From IMG/VR virus record IMGVR_UViG_3300049460_000121, positions 32,001-96,000 of that record: a stretch of 64,000 bases of DNA, one strand, 5' to 3'. Positions 1 through 8,857 of this stretch are shown here, piece after piece. The stretch is from a virus (Duplodnaviria; Heunggongvirae; Uroviricota; Caudoviricetes). Each line of letters opens with the position of its first letter. The stretch's first letter is position 1. The notes under the pieces are model-generated. The model saw only the letters and a list, made by a program, of their open reading frames with translations. It did no database searches and was not told the origin of the DNA. A program made the position numbers and the translations under genes.

Positions 1-97
1 TTCTTCTTCGCGTATTCCAAATGTTGATTCATGCTAGACCTTTAATCACGGTGAGAGACACACTACAGTTCGTAAGATACGTGCAGTGTGTATTCTT

Positions 98-577
98 TTA
101 CTCTCTACCGCAAAGTCGCATGAAGTCCGTGTATTCCTCGTGAGTCTTGAAGTGATCGTGGATAATGGCGTACGAGGTATCCTTGTTATTGATGAGCTCG
201 CGTAGGATCACCGCGTAGGCGTAAGGGCTTGGGTTCTCAGCCAACTCATCGATGATCCCTAGGGTGTAAATCCGATCCTCAATGGGCGGGACTGTCCCTT
301 GGATCATCCAACGGGTTCTGTCGAAGAGGATGGTGTTCTGCGGTTCCAGCCCCAAGCGCTCACAGACGCGTATGAGGTGGATAGCGAACACCAATGAGTA
401 GTCATCGCCGGTATTACCTAACAACTCCCCTACGACCTCTGGTGGGATATTTTCACCACCTCCATACTTCAGGGTTGCTTTCCTCAACCTTCTTTTGAAC
501 GCCATCTCATCGAGTCGGCGGAGGAGGTGGTCGATACGAATTTTCACGAACAGGGCCAAACGTTGCAGTAACTGCAT
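98..577 (-). CDS. hypothetical protein (probably early)
   Basis: 159 aa ORF with a GGAG SD and a TACATTAC promoter-like motif ~40 nt upstream; no recognisable domain. Confidence 0.7.
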   Translation of the reverse strand: MQLLQRLALFVKIRIDHLLRRLDEMAFKRRLRKATLKYGGGENIPPEVVGELLGNTGDDYSLVFAIHLIRVCERLGLEPQNTILFDRTRWMIQGTVPPIEDRIYTLGIIDELAENPSPYAYAVILRELINNKDTSYAIIHDHFKTHEEYTDFMRLCGRE

Positions 578-616
578 AAAGGACTCCTTACATTACCGTA
601 GCGGATTTACACCACG

Positions 617-636
617 GTAATGTATTGCTCAAGAAT
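617..636 (-). promoter_or_regulatory. putative early (virion RNAP) promoter, TACATTAC
   Basis: minus strand ATTCTTGAGCAATACATTAC; the core recurs at 10547, 48009, 52914 and 62336; resembles the phiKZ early TATATTAC consensus. Confidence 0.55.
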
Positions 637-637
637 G

Positions 638-1684
638 TTACTCGGCCGATCCCTTCGGAACGGACACATGCTCGACGATCGAGATGATACCGCCGATTAC
701 AACGTCGTAACTCTTATCCAGAGCACCGGCGTCGAAACCTTTGACAGATCCCGCGAATGGGAAGTGGTTCAACATCGGACCCCATTCAGCATCCTCGTCT
801 GGGAAGTGGTGGGCCCACCATTTGACCTCGTCAGTATCGTCGAGAGTCCAGTAGTCTTCGTACGGACTGTCGCGCTCAAACAGTTCACGACCCAAGGTCA
901 TCAGCTGCGTAATCTGAGATTGCGTGGGATACTCACACATGACGCGGAAACCGAGAGCGGGCCCAAACGGATGACCGTGCGTCTCACCATATTGGTTGTC
1001 GTTGTACGAGAAGTCAGCCAATGGGAAGTTAGGCTTCTCAGGAGCGCGGGCACCGAGCTTACGCATCTCGGCATCGGCGTAGGCTTTGGCTTCTGCCGGC
1101 TTCATGGATTCGCAACGCTTATAGATGCGCTCACAATCCTTGGTGTACTTGTTGACCGCAGCGATATACTTGGCAGACGACTTGACGTACAGGTCTACCT
1201 GATGGATGAGACCAGGCCAGAACGTCGACTGAGCTGATTTCAGTCGCAGCGCAGCAGCCAGGGCTGTGAAGTCACTGGTACCAGTCTTGACCACCCGAGG
1301 CTCTTTACCTGGATACAGGAGATCGTAGTCGACCTTCTTCGCAGCAGGGGCGGCAGACTTGTGTTGTGCTGCCTTACCACCGACTACCGAGGAGTAGAAC
1401 GCTTTGAACTTCTCGGTCAGGGATTCAAACGACGGGTGGACTTGTTGGTCAACGATCAACGGGATGTAATCCGGGTTGTACCAGACATCACGGGATTCCA
1501 TCGAGTGACCACCTGCACGGTCTGGAAGTTTATCAGCCCAGTGCTTATCCTTGGCGATGTGTTCTTCATCCTCGTCCAGGATACCGCGTGCAACGTCCTG
1601 ACTCATCTTGCGCGATTTGGCAAAATCGCTATCCGCTACGACCTTAATAAGGAACGCGCGCTGGGCCTTACTCTTCGATGCCAT
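638..1684 (-). CDS. hypothetical protein with a basic N-terminal MASKSKAQRA segment (DUF3008-like start)
   Basis: start moved to ATG 1684 because the longer ORF crosses an intergenic hairpin; phage-typical codon usage. Confidence 0.6.
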   Translation of the reverse strand: MASKSKAQRAFLIKVVADSDFAKSRKMSQDVARGILDEDEEHIAKDKHWADKLPDRAGGHSMESRDVWYNPDYIPLIVDQQVHPSFESLTEKFKAFYSSVVGGKAAQHKSAAPAAKKVDYDLLYPGKEPRVVKTGTSDFTALAAALRLKSAQSTFWPGLIHQVDLYVKSSAKYIAAVNKYTKDCERIYKRCESMKPAEAKAYADAEMRKLGARAPEKPNFPLADFSYNDNQYGETHGHPFGPALGFRVMCEYPTQSQITQLMTLGRELFERDSPYEDYWTLDDTDEVKWWAHHFPDEDAEWGPMLNHFPFAGSVKGFDAGALDKSYDVVIGGIISIVEHVSVPKGSAE

Positions 1685-1745
1685 GTCATATCGCCTTGAC
1701 TGTTCTATTATCTCCCTGCTAGAGGGTCCATAGAATCTCACAGCA

Positions 1746-1789
1746 CAAAAAAAGAAACAGATACCACGGAGCTTGCGCTCCGTGGTATC
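1746..1789 (-). terminator. intrinsic terminator
   Basis: GATACCACGGAGC/GCTCCGTGGTATC stem followed on the minus strand by TTTCTTTTTTTG. Confidence 0.8.
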
Positions 1790-1806
1790 CACTCCCTTAC
1801 CAGCGG

Positions 1807-3003
1807 TTAATCCTGAGGCGTACGACTCTCATCGATGCAATGCATCACGTAGTCGGAGATCGATGACACGGCGTATTCGCGAGGCACCCCTGCGATGCCG
1901 TATTGGTTGCAGTACTCGCAGATGCCCCACCGACCGTCTTTGGTGATGAACAGATCCACCGACTGCATTGGACCAATAACTTCGTCCAGCAGTTGTTTGA
2001 AGACGTCCACTTCATTCTGCCCGCCCATCAGGCTGACTAGTGACGCCTCATCGATCCCGCAGATGTTTTCAAGCATCACGGTTGCACTGGTGGCTTGCTT
2101 GTAGACATCGCCGATGCGATTGCGGATGCAGGCAAAGCCGATGTCCCGTACGTGGTTGGTGAGTACGCGGATCTCGTACTGGATGTCATCCACGTAACGC
2201 TGGAAGGTGAAGTTACCCTCTTCCTTGACCTGCTGGGACTCTTGATCATCCCAAGCCTGGCCATGCGACAGATGGGCGTGAGGAGCGTACTTCTCAGCCA
2301 TCTCAGCGACCGTGGTCTTGCCGTAGAGGTCACGCAGGAACGGACCTACCGACACTTGGTCAAAGTCCACCACGAAGTGACACAGGCCACGAGCGCCGTC
2401 TTCTGGCTTGACCACGATCTTGCCAGTCAGTTCAGTACCCAGGTAGGACGGGTGGTAGTTGTCGCCCCAGTTACTGCCGTACGTTGGAACGATCAGCGCC
2501 TTGTCGGATTTGGCTTGACGCAGGAACTGGTTGATCGCAATGGCTTGACGCGTCTTGCTCAGACGCTTGGTCAGGAACAGACGGTCCTTAGGCACGATAC
2601 CGACCCACTTGTCATCGGCCGTGATGAGGATGTCGAAGTTGAAGCACGGCAGACCTTCTTGCATGACCCACTTCGGATCACTGTGCACGCTCACGTCGTA
2701 CCAGGCGCTCTGGAAGCGCGGTGGAATCATGTTGAACTGGTTGATCGAGTGAGGATCATCGATGCAGACCACGACATGGTTGCTGGACATGATAGGTCGA
2801 CTGTCGCCATCTTTTATGCCACTGAATTCAAAGCGTGGCATGGCATTCTTGATCGGTTCGGCTACTTCTGTCATTTCTGGTTCTTTCCAGATGAGTGGGT
2901 CAATGGGGGTGGTTGGTTCGACGCGGTTGATGTTTCGAGCGTCTACGGGATTCTCGACCGTCTCCCACTTGATCGGGACAAGGTCTACACGCAGTTCGGT
3001 CAT
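1807..3003 (-). CDS. ATP-grasp ligase (RimK-like C-terminal domain)
   Basis: VVKPEDGARG, FQRYV..YEIRVL and SVDLF...ICEYCNQYG match ATP-grasp motifs. Confidence 0.75.
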   Translation of the reverse strand: MTELRVDLVPIKWETVENPVDARNINRVEPTTPIDPLIWKEPEMTEVAEPIKNAMPRFEFSGIKDGDSRPIMSSNHVVVCIDDPHSINQFNMIPPRFQSAWYDVSVHSDPKWVMQEGLPCFNFDILITADDKWVGIVPKDRLFLTKRLSKTRQAIAINQFLRQAKSDKALIVPTYGSNWGDNYHPSYLGTELTGKIVVKPEDGARGLCHFVVDFDQVSVGPFLRDLYGKTTVAEMAEKYAPHAHLSHGQAWDDQESQQVKEEGNFTFQRYVDDIQYEIRVLTNHVRDIGFACIRNRIGDVYKQATSATVMLENICGIDEASLVSLMGGQNEVDVFKQLLDEVIGPMQSVDLFITKDGRWGICEYCNQYGIAGVPREYAVSSISDYVMHCIDESRTPQD

Positions 3004-3019
3004 GAGTCATCCTTGCGGG

Positions 3020-3694
3020 TTATTCGTGAGTGGTGGAGAGCTCACTGATGATGCAGATCGACCCATCACCTTCAGGCGTGGTGTCGGAGTAATCGATCTG
3101 GTTATAGACACCACCGTGGAACTGCAAGACCTGGTCGAACCAGGAGCTGTCCAGCTTCAGCGGGATCTTTGTCGACAACAGCCCTTGACAAAGCACGTTC
3201 AACGAGATCGAACCGCTGGCAGTCACGCCGATGCTGATCTTGAACGGTACGCCCAAGGGGACGTAACTGTGGATGGTGGTGTTGACGATCTCCGGATCGG
3301 CGAAGCTGGCACGGAAACCAATGGTGATCTTGCCTTTGCTCCAGAACACCTTCAACGGCGGGGTAGTGGCATCCTTGACGTGGATCTGTGCGATAACCAC
3401 TTTCTGTGCCGAGTTGACTTTGGTAACAGTCATCTCTTGTCGACTCCAGTGTTTAGTAGCACTGCCAATCGCCCAGTACTCAGGTTCCTTCCATTCGGTA
3501 CGAGTGCGCTTGGTACTCTTACTCGACGCACCCTTAGTAGGGGCGGTGAACTGGACCGCCCCGTCTTCCAGTTGCTCGACAACCCCAGGACATTCCACCA
3601 GGGCTAGCGATCCCATGAGCTCCAAGGCTACTGGGTTTGTTTCAGACACAGGGAGTGGTGTTGCGATGATGTAGTTGCTGATATCGACAAACAT
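3020..3694 (-). CDS. polysaccharide lyase family 7 (alginate lyase, PA1167-like)
   Basis: RTRTEWKE, IAQIH and QFHGGVYNQ correspond to PL7 motifs R(S/T)ELR, QIH and YFKAGxYxQ; likely start MFVDIS. Confidence 0.85.
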   Translation of the reverse strand: MFVDISNYIIATPLPVSETNPVALELMGSLALVECPGVVEQLEDGAVQFTAPTKGASSKSTKRTRTEWKEPEYWAIGSATKHWSRQEMTVTKVNSAQKVVIAQIHVKDATTPPLKVFWSKGKITIGFRASFADPEIVNTTIHSYVPLGVPFKISIGVTASGSISLNVLCQGLLSTKIPLKLDSSWFDQVLQFHGGVYNQIDYSDTTPEGDGSICIISELSTTHE

Positions 3695-3719
3695 GAGAGG
3701 ACCTTCAAGTAGGATATGC

Positions 3720-3746
3720 GACATAAGTAGGGGATCGCTCCCCTAC
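3720..3746 (-). terminator. hairpin followed by TTATGTC
   Basis: GTAGGGGA-TCGC-TCCCCTAC just after the GNAT stop. Confidence 0.55.
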
Positions 3747-3752
3747 CGATGA

Positions 3753-4181
3753 TTACCAAGCAATGGATTTCAGTACACGCTTCTCGTACTGGAGGTATTG
3801 CTCATCACCCTTACGGTAGACTTTACCCGTTTGGATGAATCCCGCAGCCTTGAACGACTTTCGACTTGGAGTGTTCGCGGGATCGATATACGCCCGACCG
3901 TTGCGACTCGCGAAGAAAGATTTGATGAACGTTGTCGCAATACCTTTACCGCGTTGAGCAGGATCCACGTAGATCGGACCCACCCGGTAGAAACCACTTT
4001 CCAGGCGAGGCATCGCAAAACCGATCAACTCGCTACCGTCCATGATAAGAATCATCTGGTCGGTCTTACGAGCGTACACGATGTCGCCTAGAAACCGGTC
4101 GTGACTTGCATCGGCCAGCATCTTCTTCAACGCTGGGGTGTCGTGGGTGTACTTCTCGTAGGTAATAATTTCAGACTCCAA
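3753..4181 (-). CDS. GNAT-family acetyltransferase
   Basis: IYVDPAQRGKGIA acetyl-CoA motif A and NTPSRKSFKAAGF motif B. Confidence 0.9.
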   Translation of the reverse strand: MESEIITYEKYTHDTPALKKMLADASHDRFLGDIVYARKTDQMILIMDGSELIGFAMPRLESGFYRVGPIYVDPAQRGKGIATTFIKSFFASRNGRAYIDPANTPSRKSFKAAGFIQTGKVYRKGDEQYLQYEKRVLKSIAW

Positions 4182-4954
4182 TCATAGACGTTGACCTGGA
4201 TACCGGAATTAGCGAAGACCTCATTGAGGATAGGGCGGACATCGGTCTCGTAATCCAACTGACCGGTTTCTTTGCCACACCCTACGCGTGGTAGATGGAC
4301 CTCAGTAATTCCATGAGCATCCAGGTAGTTTCGTAAACGGACGGCACTGCGATGTATTAATCGAGTGCAGGAAGCATTACGCCATTGATGCTTGGTGGGG
4401 AATAGTGCAACCCGAAAGGCTTCCTCTTGCACCACTTCCATATCGCCGGTGTTGATCTTCCCACTCTTGCACAGCCGCATGTACCGTCCAAGTGCTGTCT
4501 TGTACATGGTCCGCATGTATAGGGCAAGTCCTCTGCCATGGACACCGACCGTGTTGACTGGAATTGCTATGACAGACCCTTTGGGAGCAAGTTGTAACAT
4601 ACTCCCAGTTATGTCATTGATCACGGCACTCCTCCCTCTACAATCCAAACACACTGCCTGAGTCCTGACGCCATGTATCTCGGCTTCAAGGGGACCCTCA
4701 CAGGATGGGCATTCGGATGGAAGTGGTGGGGAAACTCTGTCGTCCATGTCGTTTGTCTCTACGAGGCTTTTAATAGCCCACGTCATTTCATCAAACTCAA
4801 CGACGTCACGTTCATCCAGTGCCAATTGCTGGTAACGGTAAGTGTTGAGGTAAATTGTGTGGTATGCACCGCCTGTTGCCATCAGCGTTACGACTGCGCG
4901 AAGGATGCCAGACGCGGTGACGTTGAAACGAATATTCTGTACCGTACCCTGCAT
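4127..4954 (-). CDS. macrodomain protein (DarG/Poa1p-like) with an N-terminal LigA-like OB and C4 zinc-finger region
   Basis: PVNTVGVHGRGLA, FPTKHQWR and LPRVGCG..GQLDY macro motifs; N-terminal PSECPSCEG...CLDC. Confidence 0.8.
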   Translation of the reverse strand: MQGTVQNIRFNVTASGILRAVVTLMATGGAYHTIYLNTYRYQQLALDERDVVEFDEMTWAIKSLVETNDMDDRVSPPLPSECPSCEGPLEAEIHGVRTQAVCLDCRGRSAVINDITGSMLQLAPKGSVIAIPVNTVGVHGRGLALYMRTMYKTALGRYMRLCKSGKINTGDMEVVQEEAFRVALFPTKHQWRNASCTRLIHRSAVRLRNYLDAHGITEVHLPRVGCGKETGQLDYETDVRPILNEVFANSGIQVNVYDWSLKLLPTRSTPTTPQR

Positions 4955-5063
4955 GATTGGCTCGATTTCGTGCTAAGTTCATATCCTCCCGACGAGCTGT
5001 AACGAAATATATGAATCAACCTCCTCATATGGGGGTTCAATCCACAACCCGAGTGACCAAGCG

Positions 5064-6206
5064 ATGAGTGAGTTCGGCGAAGCGATTAAAGAGTTGAAAG
5101 TGAAGGCAGACGCAGATGCCATCCCGAAAGATGTGGTTGAGCATTTCCAGGAAGAAGGCGAAGTCCTTCACGCTGAGATCAACAAAGACAAAGACCTCGG
5201 CATCACTGCTGAGAAACTGGCTGGCGTTGGTGTGTCCGTGGAATCGTTCATGGCGAACTTCCTCGAGCAAGTCTCCAACGAAAGCTGGGACGGCCGCACC
5301 GCGCGCCAGTTCGACATGGGTATCCAGACCATCCTCGGCGTCGCCGGGCTTGACGCTGCCACTGTAGGCTTCGAAGAATCGTTCGAAGCCGCTGGCAAGT
5401 TCATGGGTAAGGAAGAGCAGAAGGACCACGCTGAGAAAGGCGGCGAAGGCGTTCTCAAAAAGATCTGGGGTTTCCTGGTCAATGCGATCAAGAAGCTGGT
5501 GTCCGGCATTCAAGGATTCTTCTCTACCCTGGAGCGCATGGCTGGTTCTGTCGAGAAGATCGGCAAAGACCTTCAAGTCATGGTTAAGGGTCGTAGCTTC
5601 CGCACTGGCGAAGTAAAAGGCGCCTGGGCTCGTTACCTGCTGGTCGGCACTGGGACTGTCGGTCCGGTTGAAGCGATCAGCAAATCGTCTCAACTGCTGC
5701 AATCGATCACCGGCGCCTGGTCCAAGGACACTGCTGCTGCACTGGCTGCTGCCAAGACCAGTGGGAAACCGAAGCTGTCCGCGATCACCGCACTGCATTG
5801 GCCAATCCAATGGCCAGGCGGCACTACAATGAAACTGGAAGGTGGCGACGATGTCGGCGCTGCCAAGTTCTCCGCCAGCAAAGGCGAAGGTTCCAAGGGC
5901 AGTGCTGATGCGCTGACTCGTGTTGAAGCTGATGCGCTGGTAAAGGTCATCATCGGCTCCGCCAACATCATCCGTGGCCTGCGTACTGCGCTGAAGAAGG
6001 ACGTCGATCAGTATTCCACGATCGCCAACCAACTGGCAACGTCGCAGAACTTCAAACGCGGCGGTGACATGACTTCTGGTCGTGTAGCAGCTGGCCTCAC
6101 CAACAAGGCCCACACCGTCAACAAAGCCTGTGCATCCGTGATGCTGGACAACGTCCGCTCCGCTGTATCGCACATCAAAGCAAGTTTCGGGGGTAGTGCA
6201 GAATGA
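5064..6206 (+). CDS. internal head protein, phiKZ gp93/gp162-like paralog family
   Basis: acidic propeptide with SVES and GFEES S/A/G-X-E sites, then amphipathic VLKKIWGFLVNAIKKLV helix. Confidence 0.7.
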   Translation: MSEFGEAIKELKVKADADAIPKDVVEHFQEEGEVLHAEINKDKDLGITAEKLAGVGVSVESFMANFLEQVSNESWDGRTARQFDMGIQTILGVAGLDAATVGFEESFEAAGKFMGKEEQKDHAEKGGEGVLKKIWGFLVNAIKKLVSGIQGFFSTLERMAGSVEKIGKDLQVMVKGRSFRTGEVKGAWARYLLVGTGTVGPVEAISKSSQLLQSITGAWSKDTAAALAAAKTSGKPKLSAITALHWPIQWPGGTTMKLEGGDDVGAAKFSASKGEGSKGSADALTRVEADALVKVIIGSANIIRGLRTALKKDVDQYSTIANQLATSQNFKRGGDMTSGRVAAGLTNKAHTVNKACASVMLDNVRSAVSHIKASFGGSAE

Positions 6207-7630
6207 GTTCCGTATTCCAAAGCCTGGTAGCCAAGCACTTGGCTACTCTCTCGACTGAAAGTGTCGAGGTTGAGAAGGTGGCTGGTGAAGGTCCGAAGGG
6301 TGCTGACTTGGTTAGCGCCGACAACACCAACCTGCCAAAGACCAAGGACAACGCTGACGAAGGTAACGACAAGGTCCATGACCTCGTTGATGCCAAGATC
6401 ACTGATTTGCCGAAGACTGCCAACAACGCAGACGAAGGCAATGATGAAGTCCATGACCTCGTCGATGCGATGATGGACGAGTCCAAGAAGATGGAAGAGA
6501 AGCAGAAGGAATTCGAAGAGGGTGGTCGCGTCCACGCTTCGATGGAATCTCTGCTGCGCGGTACCCTGGACACTTACCGTACCAACGGCATGAGTGAACA
6601 GGCTCTGGCACTCTACTCCATCTCCGTCGAATCGGCCTTCATGGCTGCTGGCCTGGATCACCTGCCGGTCTCCATGGTCGTCCCATCGTTCGAAGCGGCT
6701 GACACCCAGCTGGCTGTCGTCGACAAGGTCGAGAAGAAAGGCCAGGGCATCCTGAAGACCATCATCGCTTGGGTCGTCAAGGCGTTCAAGTACATCGGTC
6801 AAGCACTGGCCAAGTTCGCCGGCCTCTTCACTGCCAACAAGAAGAAGGTCGCTGATCGCGCTGAGCGCATGATCGGCATGATCAAAGGTTCCGCTCCAGT
6901 TGCTGCTATCGGCAAGGACGAGGCGGACAAAGACAAGGCGTCTACGTCCAAAGAAGTGGCTGTGGCTTCTGAAGTCAAGGTCAATGATGCTGAAGCGAAG
7001 ATCATGTCTCGCAACGGCACCATCGCTTCCCTGGACGATGCAGCCAAGGCTATCAGCACCAACTACAACAAGGCCATGATGGCTTGGGGTACTGCGTTCG
7101 ACATGCTGGTCAACATGCCTTCCGTATCGGTTAACACCGACGCTGGCGAAGCGCTGAAGAAGCTGAACCAAGGCATCGCGTCCAAGGTCGGCAAAGGCTT
7201 CAAAGAAGACCTGAACGTCAACGAAGAGTTGGTGGTCACTCCTGGTAAGGACAGTGCCTACCCAATGATCGGTGCCGACGTCAAGGTCGTCGCGATGCAT
7301 GAAGCCAAAGCGGCTACCATGCAGGTGCCGAGCAAAGAGTCCCTGGTCAAGCTGCTGGAGACCATCAAGGAAGAACTCAGCGGCCAGAGCAAAGCCGAGC
7401 AAGGCCTGAACAGCGCCGTGGCTCACGTCAACAAGTCAGCTGATGAATATCAGAAGATCTCTGGTGAAGTGAAAAGCGCCGATGGCCTGGACGTGCAGAA
7501 AGCGACCAGCAACCTGATGTCCGCTACCTCGATCTTCTCTCGTGGTATCGCAGCAGCAGGCACCAGCTACGTGACTTCGTACAACACGCTGATGAACGTC
7601 ATCCAGCGTAGCGTAGACCACGCAGCGTAA
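6203..7630 (+). CDS. internal head protein, paralog family
   Basis: STE, SMES, SVES and SFE sites; ILKTIIAWVVKAFK helix; ATGA-coupled to the upstream paralog. Confidence 0.7.
   Translation: MSSVFQSLVAKHLATLSTESVEVEKVAGEGPKGADLVSADNTNLPKTKDNADEGNDKVHDLVDAKITDLPKTANNADEGNDEVHDLVDAMMDESKKMEEKQKEFEEGGRVHASMESLLRGTLDTYRTNGMSEQALALYSISVESAFMAAGLDHLPVSMVVPSFEAADTQLAVVDKVEKKGQGILKTIIAWVVKAFKYIGQALAKFAGLFTANKKKVADRAERMIGMIKGSAPVAAIGKDEADKDKASTSKEVAVASEVKVNDAEAKIMSRNGTIASLDDAAKAISTNYNKAMMAWGTAFDMLVNMPSVSVNTDAGEALKKLNQGIASKVGKGFKEDLNVNEELVVTPGKDSAYPMIGADVKVVAMHEAKAATMQVPSKESLVKLLETIKEELSGQSKAEQGLNSAVAHVNKSADEYQKISGEVKSADGLDVQKATSNLMSATSIFSRGIAAAGTSYVTSYNTLMNVIQRSVDHAA
6329..6469 (+). repeat. 75-bp in-frame tandem duplication (25-aa period)
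   Basis: NLPKTKDNADEGNDKVHDLVDA / DLPKTANNADEGNDEVHDLVDA. Confidence 0.85.
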
Positions 7631-7681
7631 CAAAAAAAAGAAGACGCATAGAGCCAGGGCGTAATGCCCTGGCTCTATGCT
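7631..7681. terminator. bidirectional terminator hairpin
   Basis: GCATAGAGCCAGGGC-GTAAT-GCCCTGGCTCTATGC between convergent genes; A-tract on the left. Confidence 0.85.
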
Positions 7682-7682
7682 G

Positions 7683-8123
7683 TTAACGTTCCATACGGCT
7701 GACGACATTAGCCATGTTGATCTCGCGAGTCACATTGAGACCTGTTGCAGGATTGACCACAGAGATCATGATCTCACCTGCCACGATACCCCGTTTGATG
7801 AAAGCTTCGAGGGTTAAGTCGAAGACCTCTTCCACGGTGTACTCGTAGTCCGGTTCCATCTTGACAGCGATCTCGTACTCGTACCCTTCACGCCAGACTT
7901 TACCGAGAACGGTTTCGATCTTAGCGTGAACCACTTCTTCGTTGATGATGTCAAACGCATCAGCTGACTTGGAGAGTGGGATGAGGGTAGCCTTACGCAC
8001 AGCGCCTGGAGCACGATCAGCCAACCGCTTAGCTGTTTCACACACGGCCTTGTTAGTGCCATGGATGATTGCAGCTAAGCCGAGGGTGACCATGTAGTTT
8101 TCACGTACTTGGGTTTGCATCAT
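7683..8123 (-). CDS. hypothetical protein
   Basis: 146 aa ORF, last of a coupled operon; GAGG SD. Confidence 0.65.
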   Translation of the reverse strand: MMQTQVRENYMVTLGLAAIIHGTNKAVCETAKRLADRAPGAVRKATLIPLSKSADAFDIINEEVVHAKIETVLGKVWREGYEYEIAVKMEPDYEYTVEEVFDLTLEAFIKRGIVAGEIMISVVNPATGLNVTREINMANVVSRMER

Positions 8124-8670
8124 CGCGACCTCTCACCATGTATTCCATCTTGTTTTCGATCACGATGTTGACTCCTTCCCTAACCATGGCGTAGGCGGCC
8201 GTCAGGGTTGGAGGAGGACCCATGGGGATAGCCGCAATTGTGGAGAACTCACCCTTCTTCAATCCGCCAGCAAACATAGCGCCACGCGGAGGATCAGACC
8301 ACATCTGGAATGGATTAAGTGGACCCAGTGGGATCATCAACTCTTCTACCGACAGGGACTTGCCTTCTGACCTTCCGGTCTGGAGCCTATAGTGACTGAA
8401 GTCGACCTGCCGTTGAGCGGCAGCGATCTTGGTCAGTTCAGCTACTGTCGGAACAGGCGGAAGACCCTCGGGCATTTCCTGCAACGCCTTAGCCCACTCG
8501 TTCAGCTCCAGGAGTTGCGCTTGGACCTCAGGAATGTCGCTGGCGATAAAGCGCGTCATGTCTACCTTGGTGCCGAGGTGGTCTTGACCTTCCACGAGGA
8601 AACGGCGCAGAGCGGCCAGGTCACGGTACTTCGGATGGATTTTAATACTGACTACTTTATTCTGGGACAT
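8101..8670 (-). CDS. hypothetical protein with a degenerate DnaB-like H1/H1a segment
   Basis: GAGGA SD; C-terminal GGLKKGEFSTIAAIPMG...IVIENKME. Confidence 0.6.
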   Translation of the reverse strand: MSQNKVVSIKIHPKYRDLAALRRFLVEGQDHLGTKVDMTRFIASDIPEVQAQLLELNEWAKALQEMPEGLPPVPTVAELTKIAAAQRQVDFSHYRLQTGRSEGKSLSVEELMIPLGPLNPFQMWSDPPRGAMFAGGLKKGEFSTIAAIPMGPPPTLTAAYAMVREGVNIVIENKMEYMVRGRDDANPST

Positions 8671-8857
8671 GTGGAGTCCTCGATTGGTCTGGATGGTAGG
8701 TGAAGCGCTTAACCATCGGGTTGAAGGTGTGTAGGCTGATTCGCGGAGGCTGTGGCTCAGTCACGACCTTAATCCAGTCAGCCATGAATAGGGTCCACGC
8801 TCGAGCATGCTTACACTTGAACTTCGGGTGATTCGAGATCGCTGTTACTGTTCCCAT
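8657..8857 (-). CDS. small hypothetical protein
   Basis: 66 aa, AGGAG SD, overlaps both neighbours; its N-terminus (VTAISNHPKFK) resembles that of 8101..8670 (VVSIKIHPKYR). Confidence 0.55.
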   Translation of the reverse strand: MGTVTAISNHPKFKCKHARAWTLFMADWIKVVTEPQPPRISLHTFNPMVKRFTYHPDQSRTPHVPE

